A stretch of DNA of 63,907 nt, the filler included, from Octopus bimaculoides (Eukaryota): assembly GCF_001194135.2 (NCBI RefSeq). It is 6 parts of 6 records of this genome, joined end to end, with 100 filler letters (N's around TTAATTAATTAA, not from the genome) between each part and the next. Parts side by side here need not be neighbours in the genome. Positions count along the whole stretch, not along the records: positions 13,632 to 33,758 come from NC_068985.1; positions 33,859 to 43,194 come from NC_068982.1; 4 more parts are not named here. The stretch is one strand, 5' to 3'. The notes beneath the pieces are model-generated. The model had not been told where the DNA came from. It worked only from the letters and a program-made list of their open reading frames with translations, and searched no databases. Both the position numbers and the translations under genes were made by a program. Shown in pieces: positions 25,931 to 38,760 of the stretch; position 1 is the first letter of the stretch, and every line of letters starts with the position of its first letter.

Positions 25931-26503
25931 ATTAATACATAAATAAAGTACAACTATGATCATTAATTGTCTTTGTTTTTAAGTTTTCAAAGTTCTTTCG
26001 ATCGTTTCATGAATATACTACCTCTCAAAATGAAATTTTAAGTTGATAAGTATCGTTGGGAAGCATATCCGCTCATCAGAAAAAACGGATGAAATTCAGT
26101 GGAGGAAATCGAATGAGGGAAATGCTATTTAAAATCGAATGAGAAAGGGCTTGTTTAAAAAATTATTGGTATAGATTTTAGCTAAAAAATTTGAAAAACG
26201 TAAAATAAATTCATGATAAAAATCCTGGGTAAGAATCTGTAATGGCTGTGTAGAAATTTATACGAATAACTTTTTAAACAACACCTTTCCCATTCGATTT
26301 TAAATAGCATTTTCCTCATTCAATTTCCTCCACTAAAATTCATCTCTTTCTCTGATGAGTGGATATACTTCCCAACGATGCTTATCAATTTTAGATTTCG
26401 TTTTGAAAGGTAGGATATTCATGAAACGCTCGTAAGAACTTTCAAAACTTAAAATAAAAAAAAGATTTTAATGATCAAAGCTGTACTTTATTTATTTACT
26501 AAT
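25931..26503. mobile_element. foldback element / long-TIR MITE
   Basis: Arms 25931-26178 and 26254-26503 (about 250 bp) are imperfect reverse complements around a 75-bp spacer. Confidence 0.9.
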
Positions 26504-26609
26504 ACGATATTGCATATATTATGTACTTATCTCTATTGTGATTTTAAGATATAGCTTTTCCTACTTTTACTCTCTAATATATAACCGCTCTCTATATGTG
26601 TGCGAGTAT

Positions 26610-26770
26610 GTGTATTCGTATTAAAGTGCATGGCTTATAGTTAGAAAGTTGCATCTAAGTTTGCAAGATTGCGGTTGGGATTCCTAGACTGAGCGGTGCG
26701 TTACGGTGCGTTGCTTCGGTATTTTCTCAATGGCTATGGGTTGTAGGTTAAAACTTGTAGAAAATAATAA
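26610..26770 (+). mobile_element. diverged tRNA-like SINE head
   Basis: GCATGGCTTA.AGTTAGAAAGTTG...GG.TTCC pattern like the family B/C heads. Confidence 0.45.
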
Positions 26771-26936
26771 AATTCAGTTGCTTACTGTAACTACTAATTT
26801 TCTTTGAAGCAAACGGCAGGTTCGGTTTTAGTCAATATTCTTTACTCTGAATTTATGTCTGATGATGTTCTGTCTTTTTATTAGCAAAATATTTCTTCTA
26901 ATCTTTTCACCTTTTGCCGATGATATGTATAATCCT

Positions 26937-27142
26937 TTCTACTATAAGCAGAAGGCCTAAAATTTTGGGTATGGGGAAGTCGAGTAGATCGACCCCAATA
27001 GGCAACTGGTATTTAATCTATCGACTCCAAAGGATAAAAGGCAAAGTCGACCTCGTGGAATTTGAACTCATGACGTAAGGACAGACGAAATACCGCTAAG
27101 CATTTTACCCGGCGTGCTAACGATTCTGCCAGCTTGCTGCCT
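26937..27142 (-). mobile_element. SINE family A
   Basis: Colinear with 2420-2634 along its length. Confidence 0.85.
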
Positions 27143-27719
27143 TTGATGATATGTAGAATGTAACAGTGTATAGTTTGTACTGCTTATTCGAAGTAATGTT
27201 TTCTATACTTTGAGTAGCACCAGGATTGTGTTTTGTCTTGAACTGACAAATTACATTTGCATAAACACACTGTTCCCTGTTTCAATAGCTTGCTTCTCTG
27301 GAGTAACTTTAATGTCCATGAATGTCTGTACTTTTCTTATTAACGTGCTTTGACTGTTAATAATTTACGCTTTATTTTTTACCTAATCCTTGGTAATTTG
27401 ATCTTGCATTTTCTGTTGAGGTACGCAGAGTTACGATATCACAAAATAATGTGTATATAGTCTCCTATTAGAAAAACAACTGAACAGGCAGCAACACTTT
27501 GTTGAATACGACAATATGAAATTTGAATCAATGAGAAACATTGTAAATCACGTATGGAAATAAAGGACAAGGATCAAAGCGCAAAATACAATAACAACTG
27601 ACTACCTGGTCTCTGCAAATTTTTCAGTTATGGAGAGGAACGTTTTCGCTTATTACACCCATGTATTCTTTGAGATTTGAAAAATGCCACATTTTTTAAG
27701 CGTGTACTTTATCGTTAAT

Positions 27720-28170
27720 TTAACTTTTCACTACATTCTTTGTTATGATGTATTCCTATAGTTTTGGCTTCGTCTATTTCTTTTTAAATTGTCTCTTTTC
27801 GATATGCATTCCATCCAGTTTACAGATATTTTACTTTTCGACATATATTGCTTCCTTGGTGTTTAGTCAGCTATTGATATTCCGATAAGTGTAAATGTAT
27901 CATAGATCTTTGTAATTATTGTGGGCGTAGTATATATTAGTTTCTAGTATACGATGATAATATCCCTGTCTATTTTATTATTTATGACCAGATTTATGGT
28001 TTCTTTTATTGCTTTTGGCGTTTCCTCCCAGTCATGTATTTCGTTTGTACTTTGAAACATATTCTGATGGTTTGTTTCTAACTGATCCCACAATTATATT
28101 GCCAGTTTCAAAGGAAAGTATGTCGCCATTTTGAAATTTGTTGTGTCTGTAGATTTCCTTTCTCACACAT
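27720..28170 (-). pseudogene. possible R4/Dong-type LINE N-terminal ORF remnant
   Basis: A-rich broken frame with LIYTTPTIIT and WMECISKRDNLKR, resembling the pre-RT region of R4-clade ORFs; inference. Confidence 0.4.
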
Positions 28171-28391
28171 AACGTTTCGAAATATAATACTATGCGCCTC
28201 ACAAAAAAGAAAAAATGCGAAACCTAAAAGCATTACAATACAGAATAAGCATTCGTACAGATAAACTCGAATGAATACATTTCATATAGAGACGGACGAT
28301 GCAAAATGTATGACTTAAGAAGAAAAGTGGCATGATTGTGTACAATGCGTCAAACATATATGAAGTCACGCATAGTTTGCTAAGCAAAAGG

Positions 28392-28440
<49 letters not shown>

Positions 28441-28445
28441 TTGTG

Positions 28446-28476
<31 letters not shown>

Positions 28477-28504
28477 TTGTATGTATGTATGCAAATATAT
28501 ATGT

Positions 28505-29718
28505 AAACTACTATTCAAAACTATAAAATCACGAATACATTTTCATTTATTTCCGGATTCATTTCTTTCGGAAGATATTCGATTCAATTGTATTCTCCGT
28601 CATCCAAATTATATTTCTAGTATGTCTAAAGCTAGAAAGCTTTCCAAAATTGAGCAAGGGGAGATGCTTTCACTGAAAGTGGAAGGTATCAGTAAACGGA
28701 ACGTTGCCGAGAAGATTAATAGAAGCAGAAAGCCAGTGGACACTCTTCTGAAAGATCCTGAGATCAACAGGGTTCATGCTGGTGGAAAAGCCAAGGCTAC
28801 CTCACAAAGGGATGAAAGTGCCATTGTCAGAGCTGCAAACAAGTCACACTGCTCTTTTGTTTCCAAAATCATTGAATCAGTAGGAGTAAGAGCCATGACA
28901 TCTACTGTAAGAAGAGTGATTTTGAACCATGGTTTTACCTGGAGAAGTGCTTAAGAGTCCATTATTGTCACCTTCTCACAAAGCTGATACATTGGAGTTT
29001 GCTCGGCAGCATCAGACGTAGGATGGTGAATGGACCAGTGTTCAGTTCTCTGAGGAGGAAAATGTAATTTTGATGGTCCCAATGGTTATAAGTATTACTG
29101 GGCAGATTAATGTATACAAAATTTTACCTATTCCAAATGGCAAAACAGCGAAAGAGGTCTTATGTTGTGGGAAGCAATATCGGCTAATGGGAATCTGCCA
29201 CTTGTCATCATGGATAACCGTTTCAGTGCTGCACGATACATCAATATGTTGGATGGGGCTCACATTGACTAAGGAAGAAGGCTTCACGAAAAGAACTTCA
29301 TATTTTAACAGTACAATGCTCCCATTCATAAAGCAAACGCAAGTTCGGATTTCCCCCATGTTACTGAGTTTGAAGTGATAACATGGTCAGCAAGAGGTTC
29401 GACCTAAATCCTAAAGGAAATGCCTGTGGATATCTCACGAATGTTATGTGCAACGAAGTCAAGTAGTATTCATTAGTTGATGAGCTTGAGACGGCATTAA
29501 GGAATGCCTAGGTAGAGCCTCCACTAGATCTGCTGCAGAGGTTGATTTGCAGCATAAAACTCCGTGTTTCTGAAGTAATTCAGAAACGTAGTAGTCAAGC
29601 GCATTATTGCTGATGTAGTGCATGAGAATATATCATAATTTCCTTGTTTTTCATCATTTTTGCATGTTAAGGTTATCTCTACAAATTTTCTATAGAAATT
29701 ATAGACAGTACTGATTTT
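28505..29718 (+). mobile_element. Tc3-like (Tc1 family) transposon, inactivated
   Basis: MSKARKLS..E...LLKDP...SQRDESAIVRAANKS from 28622; FSEE/KCNFDGPNGYKYYW, QYNAPIH, WSAR..DLNP follow C. elegans Tc3 transposase motifs; stops and frameshifts throughout. Confidence 0.9.
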
Positions 29719-30432
29719 GTTACGACGTTTCGTATCCAAGACGGCAGATGTAAACAATGCGATCGAAGTGTGCCTCGTTTAGGTAATGAGATCGAAGTAT
29801 GCCTTGTATAAGTAATGGTAGAACACGGTATTGACTTGTAAGGTCATTTATTATACTTTGTTGCATGTTATGGTTGTATAACAAAATAGCATGTCCCTAC
29901 ATGTCATTAAAATGTGTGTACGTATATGCACAAACTGTCGGATGTACAAGTAATTAATTCATTTCCGTACTTACTGCGTTTTAGTGAGTTTTTCCAGAGT
30001 TACTGATATTGGTTTAGAATTTTTGTCCACGCCACTTTGAAATATCATGAGTAAAAGAAATTATATTTTATATAGCATTAATCGTTTTGGTTCTTTTTTA
30101 TTGATTTAGCTTTAANNNNNNNNNNNNNNNNNNNNNNNNNNNNNNNNNNNNNNNNNNNNNNNNNNNNNNNNNNNNNNNNNNNNNNNNNNNNNNNNNNNNN
30201 NNNNNNNNNNNNNNNNNNNNNNNNNNNNNNNNNNNNNNNNNNNNNNNNNNNNNNNNNNNNNNNNNNNNNNNNNNNNNNNNNNNNNNNNNNNNNNNNNNNN
30301 NNNNNNNNNNNNNNNNNNNNNNNNNNNNNNNNNNNNNNNNNNNNNNNNNNNNNNNNNNNNNNNNNNNNNNNNNNNNNNNNNNNNNNNNNNNNNNNNNNNN
30401 NNNNNNNNNNNNNNNNNNNNNNNNNNNNNNNN

Positions 30433-30483
30433 CTACTCCGCCTCCTCTTCATCATCATTATTATCATCATCATCATCATCATT

Positions 30484-30524
<41 letters not shown>

Positions 30525-30530
30525 TATTGT
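30433..30530. repeat. (CAT)n microsatellite next to N gap
   Basis: Direct. Confidence 0.95.
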
Positions 30531-31434
30531 AGTTAAAGTATGTTGATATTTTGTGTTTATTTCGTTTTCTATTGTAGGGGAAATTGTAGCATGTATATAG
30601 TACTTTATAATTCAATTATAAGCGTGCCTTGTGCCTCTATAGTTCTTTGTACTATATGTAGTACTATAATTCCCAAACAATCTAAGCATATGGAGAATAT
30701 GTTCTCCCTCTGATCATCTTATTCTGCTTATTTCAGGTAACCGGATATTGCGATATATAATGGATTTACTTATGGAATATAGTTATATTGCGTTTGTGAC
30801 TATTGGCTTGAAAATTCACTGTAATCTTCCTGTCTGTAAGTAGTAATGCATTATGTCACAAGGCATAGTCAATGAAACATTTTGATTTGATATTTTATGT
30901 TGCAAGCTTTTCTTTGTAACTATTTTCTATGGGTGTATCATCATGCTGAAATCATTTTAGATACATGTAATCTTCGTATCAGTCATGTGTTATTATATAC
31001 TTACTGTTAGTTAGGAATGGGTACGTAAACAATTCCGTGATTTACTTCTTTAGATCTTCCAGATTTACTAAAGTTATATTATGCAACCTTGCCTCGGTTA
31101 TATTATCAAACTGAATTCTTTCATTTTGAGCTAAACATAAAACAATATTATTCGTGTGTTATCTGTGAATCGTAGATGATCTTCTCACACTATAGTGAAT
31201 ATTTGGTCATTTCCTACCTTACATTTGCAGATGCGAACGAAGTTTTGCTCATTTCATTTTATGATATGAGGCAGGACTATGTCGTAGTTTATTTTATATT
31301 CCGTTTTTGTTACCTTTAAACATATTGTTATATTGCTCTCTCCATCTTCCTTATATTGCTTCAAAACTTGTTCAAATACGCTGATATGTGTATTTTATTA
31401 TTACTCCCATAGTTTCAGTTCTCTTTATACTCAT

Positions 31435-31466
<32 letters not shown>

Positions 31467-31737
31467 CAAACACACACACATATATATTATCCGGGCGGAT
31501 ACCGTATTATAGATCTTAGTTGAGTTCCAGTTAACGGCTAAACACAACGATCAGTATATAATTAGTTGTCTGGAGTATTTATTAATATGAATACTAATAA
31601 AGTGTATTGCACCGACAATATTGCAAGGTTACATTTGCAACAGTGAGTAGTCGCTGCAGCGGTAACACGTGCAGGTCATTATAATATGCTGTATATAACT
31701 ATAAAATACATTTTGTGGATGTATATCTCCATAATCT

Positions 31738-33758
31738 TTATTATTATTATTGTTCAGTAGTTTTATTTTTATAACGTGCTTTCACTTCACTACCGAGCGC
31801 AGCTCTGTGTGCCTTGGGTATGTGCTGTGGTTTGCTGTGATGCTCTTATGGTTACTGTATTGAAAGTGTTTTGCATAGGATGTGTTCAGTGCCCAGTAGT
31901 GCAATTTTCTGTATGTCATATATATTTGTAAGTCCTGGTGTTTTTGTTATGTATTTGTCTGAATATTTTTCATTATACCTAAGGCACCTACTATGATAGG
32001 AATTGATTCTGTTTTTAGATTCCACATTCGAGTTACCTCTATTCCCAGGTCTTTGTATTTTGAAAGTTTTTCCATTTCTTTTAGGGAAACGTTGTCATCT
32101 GCTGGTATTGNNNNNNNNNNNNNNNNNNNNNNNNNNNNNNNNNNNNNNNNNNNNNNNNNNNNNNNNNNNNNNNNNNNNNNNNNNNNNNNNNNNNNNNNNN
32201 NNNNNNNNNNNNNNNNNNNNNNNNNNNNNNNNNNNNNNNNNNNNNNNNNNNNNNNNNNNNNNNNNNNNNNNNNNNNNNNNNNNNNNNNNNNNNNNNNNNN
32301 NNNNNNNNNNNNNNNNNNNNNNNNNNNNNNNNNNNNNNNNNNNNNNNNNNNNNNNNNNNNNNNNNNNNNNNNNNNNNNNNNNNNNNNNNNNNNNNNNNNN
32401 NNNNNNNNNNNNNNNNNNNNNNNNNNNNNNNNNNNNNNNNNNNNNNNNNNNNNNNNNNNNNNNNNNNNNNNNNNNNNNNNNNNNNNNNNNNNNNNNNNNN
32501 NNNNNNNNNNNNNNNNNNNNNNNNNNNNNNNNNNNNNNNNNNNNNNNNNNNNNNNNNNNNNNNNNNNNNNNNNNNNNNNNNNNNNNNNNNNNNNNNNNNN
32601 NNNNNNNNNNNNNNNNNNNNNNNNNNNNNNNNNNNNNNNNNNNNNNNNNNNNNNNNNNNNNNNNNNNNNNNNNNNNNNNNNNNNNNNNNNNNNNNNNNNN
32701 NNNNNNNNNNNNNNNNNNNNNNNNNNNNNNNNNNNNNNNNNNNNNNNNNNNNNNNNNNNTTCTTCTTCTTCTTCTTCTTCTTCTTCTTCTTCTTCTTCTT
32801 CTTCTTCTTCTTCTTCTTCTTCTTCGTATTTGTTAGGTAGTATGATTTCTTGTTTGTATTTGTCAGCTTCCTTAAATACTGAAAACAGTTTTTTGTTTTG
32901 CTCGTGTTTTGTGGCTATTTGTATTAGTTTTCCTTGCTTCTGTAGTAGGTATTTTTGAAGTCCTATGGTGGTTATTTTATAATAGTTTTCCACCTGTATA
33001 AGAACCCTACCACCTTCTGTACGTTGTATATATAGCCTTTCTATGTCAGATTTTGGGTGGTGCATCCTAGATCCTGTCTTTATTTTTCTTGGTGTCCTGT
33101 CTATTTTAGATAGTTCATTTAGTGTCCAGTTCAGGATACTGTAGCTGTAATATATAACTGGAACGGCTAAAGTGTTAATACCTATTATCTTGTTTTTAGC
33201 ATTGAACTTTGTTTTTAGTATTGATCTAACTCGTATATAGTATTCTTTCTTTATTTTTTTCTTTCATTTGTGTGTGTTGTATCCTATCTAGTTCATTGAC
33301 TCCTAAATATTTGTATGACTGGCTTTCGTCTAGTTCTCTTATTTCATTGGCTTTATCTAGTGTGATGTTGCAATTTTTAACTAATTTTCCTCTTTTCAGG
33401 GTTGCTTTAGCAGATTTTTCTAATCCGAATTTCATATCTATTTCCTTGGTAAATCCATGTACTGTCTGTAGTAGTGTTTCCAGCTCTTTATCATTTCTAG
33501 TGTACAATTTTAGGTCATCCATATATAAAAGGTGGCTGACTGTTTTGCCGTAACATGTGTATCCGCATCCAATTCTATTTAGCAATTCAGTTACAGGTGT
33601 GAGTGCCAGGCAGAACAGGAGTGGAGAGAGCGTGTCTCCCTGAAATATTCCTCTTCTAATGGGGATGGCTTTCGTTTTCACAAGTCCCTCTTTTGTTTGG
33701 AGCTGTAGCACTGTCTGCCATTTATTCATGGAGTGCCTTATGTATTTTATAATAATAA
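31738..33758 (-). mobile_element. R4/Dong-clade non-LTR retrotransposon (RT plus restriction-like endonuclease), 5' part lost in gap
   Basis: RRGIFQGDTLSPLLFCLAL, HLLYMDDLKLY, YKYLG, HPKSDIERLY..R..GGR, KE.EKLSKYKDL..E..RMW, IPIIVGALG; (TAA)n-type tail at 31738-31751; one frameshift near 33250 and an N gap 32111-32759. Confidence 0.9.
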
Positions 33759-33802
33759 NNNNNNNNNNNNNNNNNNNNNNNNNNNNNNNNNNNNNNNNNN
33801 NN

Positions 33803-33814
33803 TTAATTAATTAA
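33803..33814. other. artificial six-frame-stop linker
   Basis: TTAATTAATTAA with 44 N each side. Confidence 0.95.
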
Positions 33815-33999
33815 NNNNNNNNNNNNNNNNNNNNNNNNNNNNNNNNNNNNNNNNNNNNCTTTCCCAACACTCCAACCCCCACACATTTACCCCTCGTCTC
33901 TTATTCTAATAATATTCTTATTCTAATAATAATAATAATGAGGACCATGATATAATTAATTGTACATGTAGAGATAAGACTAAATGTAAATTTAATAAT

Positions 34000-34390
34000 A
34001 AATGTAATTTGAAGGATGTTGTGTATAAATGTATAGTGACTTTAATGGACGGGAATAAACGTAATGGTTATAATTTAAATAAGTTTTACATAGTATCGAC
34101 TTCTAATAAAATTAAATTACAGGTGGCTCAACACATACATTCCTTTAAGAATAGAAATTTGATTGATTCTACTGGCCTTAGTAAATATATTTGGGAACTT
34201 AAATCTAAAGTATTAAGTACATTTTACATTGGGAGATAGCTTGTAAGGCGAAATCCGATAGTATAGGTATTAATTTTTGTAAGTTGTGTACTAATGAATT
34301 TAAGGAGATATTATTAAATAATAATAAAACTTTGTTAATTCTCTTGATGAACGTAAAATTAAATGTAGACATAAATTACATTATCTATAT
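34000..34390 (+). pseudogene. Penelope-like element GIY-YIG endonuclease remnant
   Basis: VVYKCIV...FYI.ST...H..SF...STGLSKYIWELK, then CKLC and KCRH in the adjacent frame; typical PLE C-terminus. Confidence 0.8.
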
Positions 34391-34504
34391 AATAAGTTTA
34401 GCTAACTATGTATATATATATGTGTGTGTGTTTGTGCGTGTGTGTGTGTATGTGTGTATATATATATGTATATATATGTGTGTGTGTATGTCAGTATGTG
34501 TATG

Positions 34505-34537
<33 letters not shown>

Positions 34538-34934
34538 ATACTATTCTTACTTTACTAATTGTTGTAATTATAATTTATATTATTAATTGTGTAATTATTA
34601 GTACGTAAATATTTTTAGTGATTTTAATGAATTAATATTTTAATGACACTATGATTTTGTATAAAATTAATAATATAAATATTTTAATTAATTAATTTAA
34701 TTGTAGTGTTTTAGCTTATTTGATATATATTATATAATTTATGTATCTTAGTCTCTATAATGTTTAAACTCTATAATTACTTAGATTTTAAATTTCCATA
34801 AAATGTTTACGATATAGTTAATTGTTTTATTATGGTTTAAGTTATATACATTTTAATTTTCATTCATGATTTTATAAAACTTTCATTCATGTTTATATAT
34901 TTCTTTATTGTATTCTTTTTCTTTACGCCATATC

Positions 34935-35700
34935 CTATTAACTAAGCGTTCTGATAAACGCTTAGTTAATAGTATAATGTTTAAAATTTCAGTTTAAACT
35001 ATAGCTTCGTTGACATAAGTATTGCTTTTATTTTCAATAATATTGTTAAAGGCTTATCTCTCTTTATTGGTAAAATAAGTATTTTTATATAAATTCACTT
35101 GATATTTAATGTTAGCTGATATCCTAGTTAACACTAAGTTAATAGTATAATGTTTAACATTTTAGTTTAAACCAAAACGATTAGATTAGTGTTGCATTTA
35201 TTTTCAATAATATTGTTTAATATTTCTTTTTGTTTTATTGGTAAAATAAGTATTTTTATATAATTTCATTTATTATTAGTTAATATTCTAATTAAAGTTA
35301 AGTTAATAGTATGACATTTAAAATTTTATTTAAACTAAAGATTCGATTAGATAAGTTTTGCATTTCTTTTCAATAATTTTGTTAGATGCTTTTCTTTTAC
35401 TTTTTGGTGATATAATTATTTTTATAGAAATTAATTTTTGTTAGTTTATATTATAATAAACGTAAAGTTAATAATATAACGTTTATAATTTTAGTTTAAA
35501 CTAAAACTTCGTTTAAATTGTATTTTAAATGAAAGATTCGTTAAGATAAGCTTTGCATTTAATATTTCTGTTAGTTTATATTTTAATAAACGTAAAGTTA
35601 ATAATGTCAAGTTTATAATTTTCGATAAGTATTCGATAAGAAATAAGTATTACATTTATTTTTAATTATATTATTTTTCTATCTTGATATAGTTAGTATT
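34935..35700. repeat. AT-rich tandem array of about 165-173-bp diverged units
   Basis: AGTTAATA.TAT anchors at 34964, 35137, 35301, 35466, 35596; shared TTTTCAATAAT and GGT.A.ATAA.TATTTTTATA blocks. Confidence 0.85.
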
Positions 35701-36209
35701 TTTATATAGATTCATTTGTTATTTATTGTTGGTTGATATATATACATTCATTTTATTATTATTAGTGTTGTATTTTGACCTGAATATTAGCTATATTTTT
35801 GAATAGAATTGATTTTCGATCGATTTAATCGATTTGATTATATTTTATTTTCTATATGAAAATTTAGTTATGAAACACGTGTAATCGTTTTATTATTTTA
35901 TGATTATTACTTTGTATTTTATTATAGTTCTTTTTAATGTATTTACTTATAAAATTTTTCTATATGTGACTGTGGATTTTCATGGATGAGTTCGTGAACT
36001 TTGGTTCTTTTCTCTAAATTATATATATATATATACATCTTCACAAATGTTTCATACAATTTCATGGACCAAAATTACTGAATGAATCCTTATGATATTT
36101 GGAACTTGTATTCAACGCATAAGGGTAGGTATAATGCAGTATGTTGAGTTTGAATTTGAGATGGCTTAAAGGGGGCAGAACCCCCATGAAAATTCATNNN
36201 NNNNNNNGT

Positions 36210-36490
36210 CATTTTATCTAAGCAAAGACGAATACAGTTCTACTCTTGGAAGCTGTAGGGTTCCCGAGCCCAAAAGATGAGCGTTATTTGTAATTCAATG
36301 GGACAACAGTGTAAGAGTTTTCTTTGAGATATACTTACATTGTGATTTCTGCAATGTGGTGCATACTTTATAGAGTAAATGAGAGGCATCCTTGCCTCCA
36401 CTGATTCAGTTGCAAAATGTTGAGTAAAGTTATTTCCTTGCAGACCTCCTTTGAGTCTTTCTATTATCACTGGTTCACACATAGTCCCCA
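36210..36490 (-). pseudogene. possible Gypsy-type RT remnant
   Basis: HCRNHNVSISQRKL resembles RCRxxGIxLNxxK after the YxDD motif; YxDD itself not recognisable. Confidence 0.3.
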
Positions 36491-37259
36491 GGTGGTAACA
36501 CTGATTTCAAGGCCTTCCCAGATGAGTGACGGTTATTCAAATATATTTATAGATTGTAAATTTATTCTGTCCAGTTACCAATCGGTATAGTGGTCAGTTG
36601 CAAACTCAAGAGGTGACACTTTCATTTCCCCTTAGCCCTCACGTCTCACAGTTGTTAATGTTTATTTCAGTTGGGTCACGCCCTTCCAATTGCTATAGAT
36701 CCGTAATGCATCTTACCGCTGTGCCTGTCACCTGTATGGTGAGGAATTCTACATTGGGGTGTAGTAACGACTAGGGTAGGCTAGCTGACTGCTTATTGTG
36801 ATCATTTGTCTTTTGGTTTCCTGTAGCTTTGCTTTCTTTTACAAACCCAGTGAACATACATATATTTCCTATTTCAAATAAATTCGAACAATAGATATAA
36901 AACCCGAGACAAAAAGATTCTCAACAATTCAACTTCTCTGGTTGACATTAAGACACCCACCCCCCAATAAGGGCCTTAACTCCCACATTTTAGAGTTCCT
37001 TGACCTCCATTTTTCAGGAGAAAAATCCTTTTAACAGGTTCCATAGGAGAGGAATTTTGGATTCTGTGCATAAAGATCAGTGGTATGGGATACGTGTGTC
37101 ATGATTAGAATTTTTTATGGTGTGTAAAGAGGGAAAGAACTCTCATCTGAAATTTTGATGAAATTCGAATCATAGGTATTCCAGTTCATTACAGGAAATA
37201 TTACAGAAAAGTTTAATTCTTCCATTGCATGTAACACAAGCAGCGCCGGGTATCTCTGC

Positions 37260-37350
37260 TAGTAATATATATATATATATACATACATACATACATACAT
37301 ACATACATACATACATACATACATGCGTACATACATACGTACATACATAC
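37260..37350. repeat. (TA)n/(TACA)n microsatellite
   Basis: Direct. Confidence 0.95.
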
Positions 37351-37679
37351 ATATAGTATAAGAAAGGGCAGGGAAATCGCCTTTCAAGTAACTGAGTATA
37401 GATAAAGTTAAGCTTGCCAAAGTGTAATTCAGTTTAAATATTGAGATTAAGATTGTTTGATATTGGATATTCATTGCTTACAGTGTTCCTAGTCAATTCA
37501 ATAGACGTCGTATTTGGTCAGTCGAAATAAATAAATAGACAAAATTATTTCACTTTTATAAAAAAATTCAAAAAGTATGCAAGACCCTCCATAAAAAAGA
37601 CTATATCCATTTATGTCCATTTACGCAGGAGCTGTCAGAAAAATGTCATAGTGCATGACCATCCTTGGGACGTAGTGCA

Positions 37680-38760
37680 TTAAAATCAGAGTCTTGTATT
37701 CTACTCTTCCGAATCTGGGTACCATAACAGATGGTCTGAATAGGAAAAATATAACAATAGCCTGTAGGATTGATAATGATAGTACTAATAGTAATCAAGC
37801 CCCTAATAACAACTTTGATAATTTGAATGATGTAAATATCATCGGGACTAAAGATCCTTGTAACCCTTTAACTAATGATTTGTTTGTAAATTTTAAATCT
37901 AATAAACATAATTTGTCTACGCGTATCAATGTGGGTATTACGAATAATAGTTGTAAACAAGATGTGGCTGTGAATAATGTAGGGAGAGCCGAGAACTTTC
38001 ACCCATAAACTAGCCTAGGTTATGACGTATCTTTGACTAGATCAGACTCTTGCTCTTATAAACACGCCGCTAACCCCGCTTCAGCCACTGGTAATGTAGA
38101 CCAGGTAGACCCGCTTTATCCCACATTCAACACATATACGTTGATTGCATAACAACTAGCGGTACAAACCATGACCGGTGGGTTAGTATAACTAATAATA
38201 CCAATTATAGTAACCAAAGTAGTGGTGACATAATCCTTGATAATAACTCTATGAACTTTAATAGTATCCCTGATTATGGTTCTATGCTTATAAGTAATAC
38301 GAAGGTAAAAACATGTAATAATAAAATGCAACTTCAATTATAGAGAAAGGTCCTATTGTCCGCCAGAAGCAGATGTTTAATTAAGAATGTAATATATAAA
38401 TTTACAGTTATGACGGATACTAATTACTATATTTACATCAGGTGCTCTGTAGATATTAAAAAAAAATTGCATAACCACATCTCATCTTTTGGAATTAGAC
38501 ATAAGGCTAGTAACTCGTCCTTATCTACAAAAATCTGGAAACCCAAGGATAATAATATTAAATTTAGCATAAAACCGGATGCAATGCGTAGAGCCCAATC
38601 AAACACATATGGTCGATATGGGTGTAGACTATGTTGCATGGTGATGTATGAAATATTTAAATATAGAGATGAAGACAACTTAATAATAAACTGGATTTTA
38701 GGGTTTCGTTTGTTCATGAGGTCACTCGTACATTTACTTTAGGAGCTGTACATAATAAAT
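37680..38760 (+). pseudogene. Penelope-like element 3' coding remnant (linker plus GIY-YIG)
   Basis: YSTLPNL...GLNRK, Asn-rich linker, then CLIKNVIYK.TV...YI...KKKLHNH.SSF...SSLSTKIW...CRLC...YEI.KY.D..NL. Confidence 0.75.
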
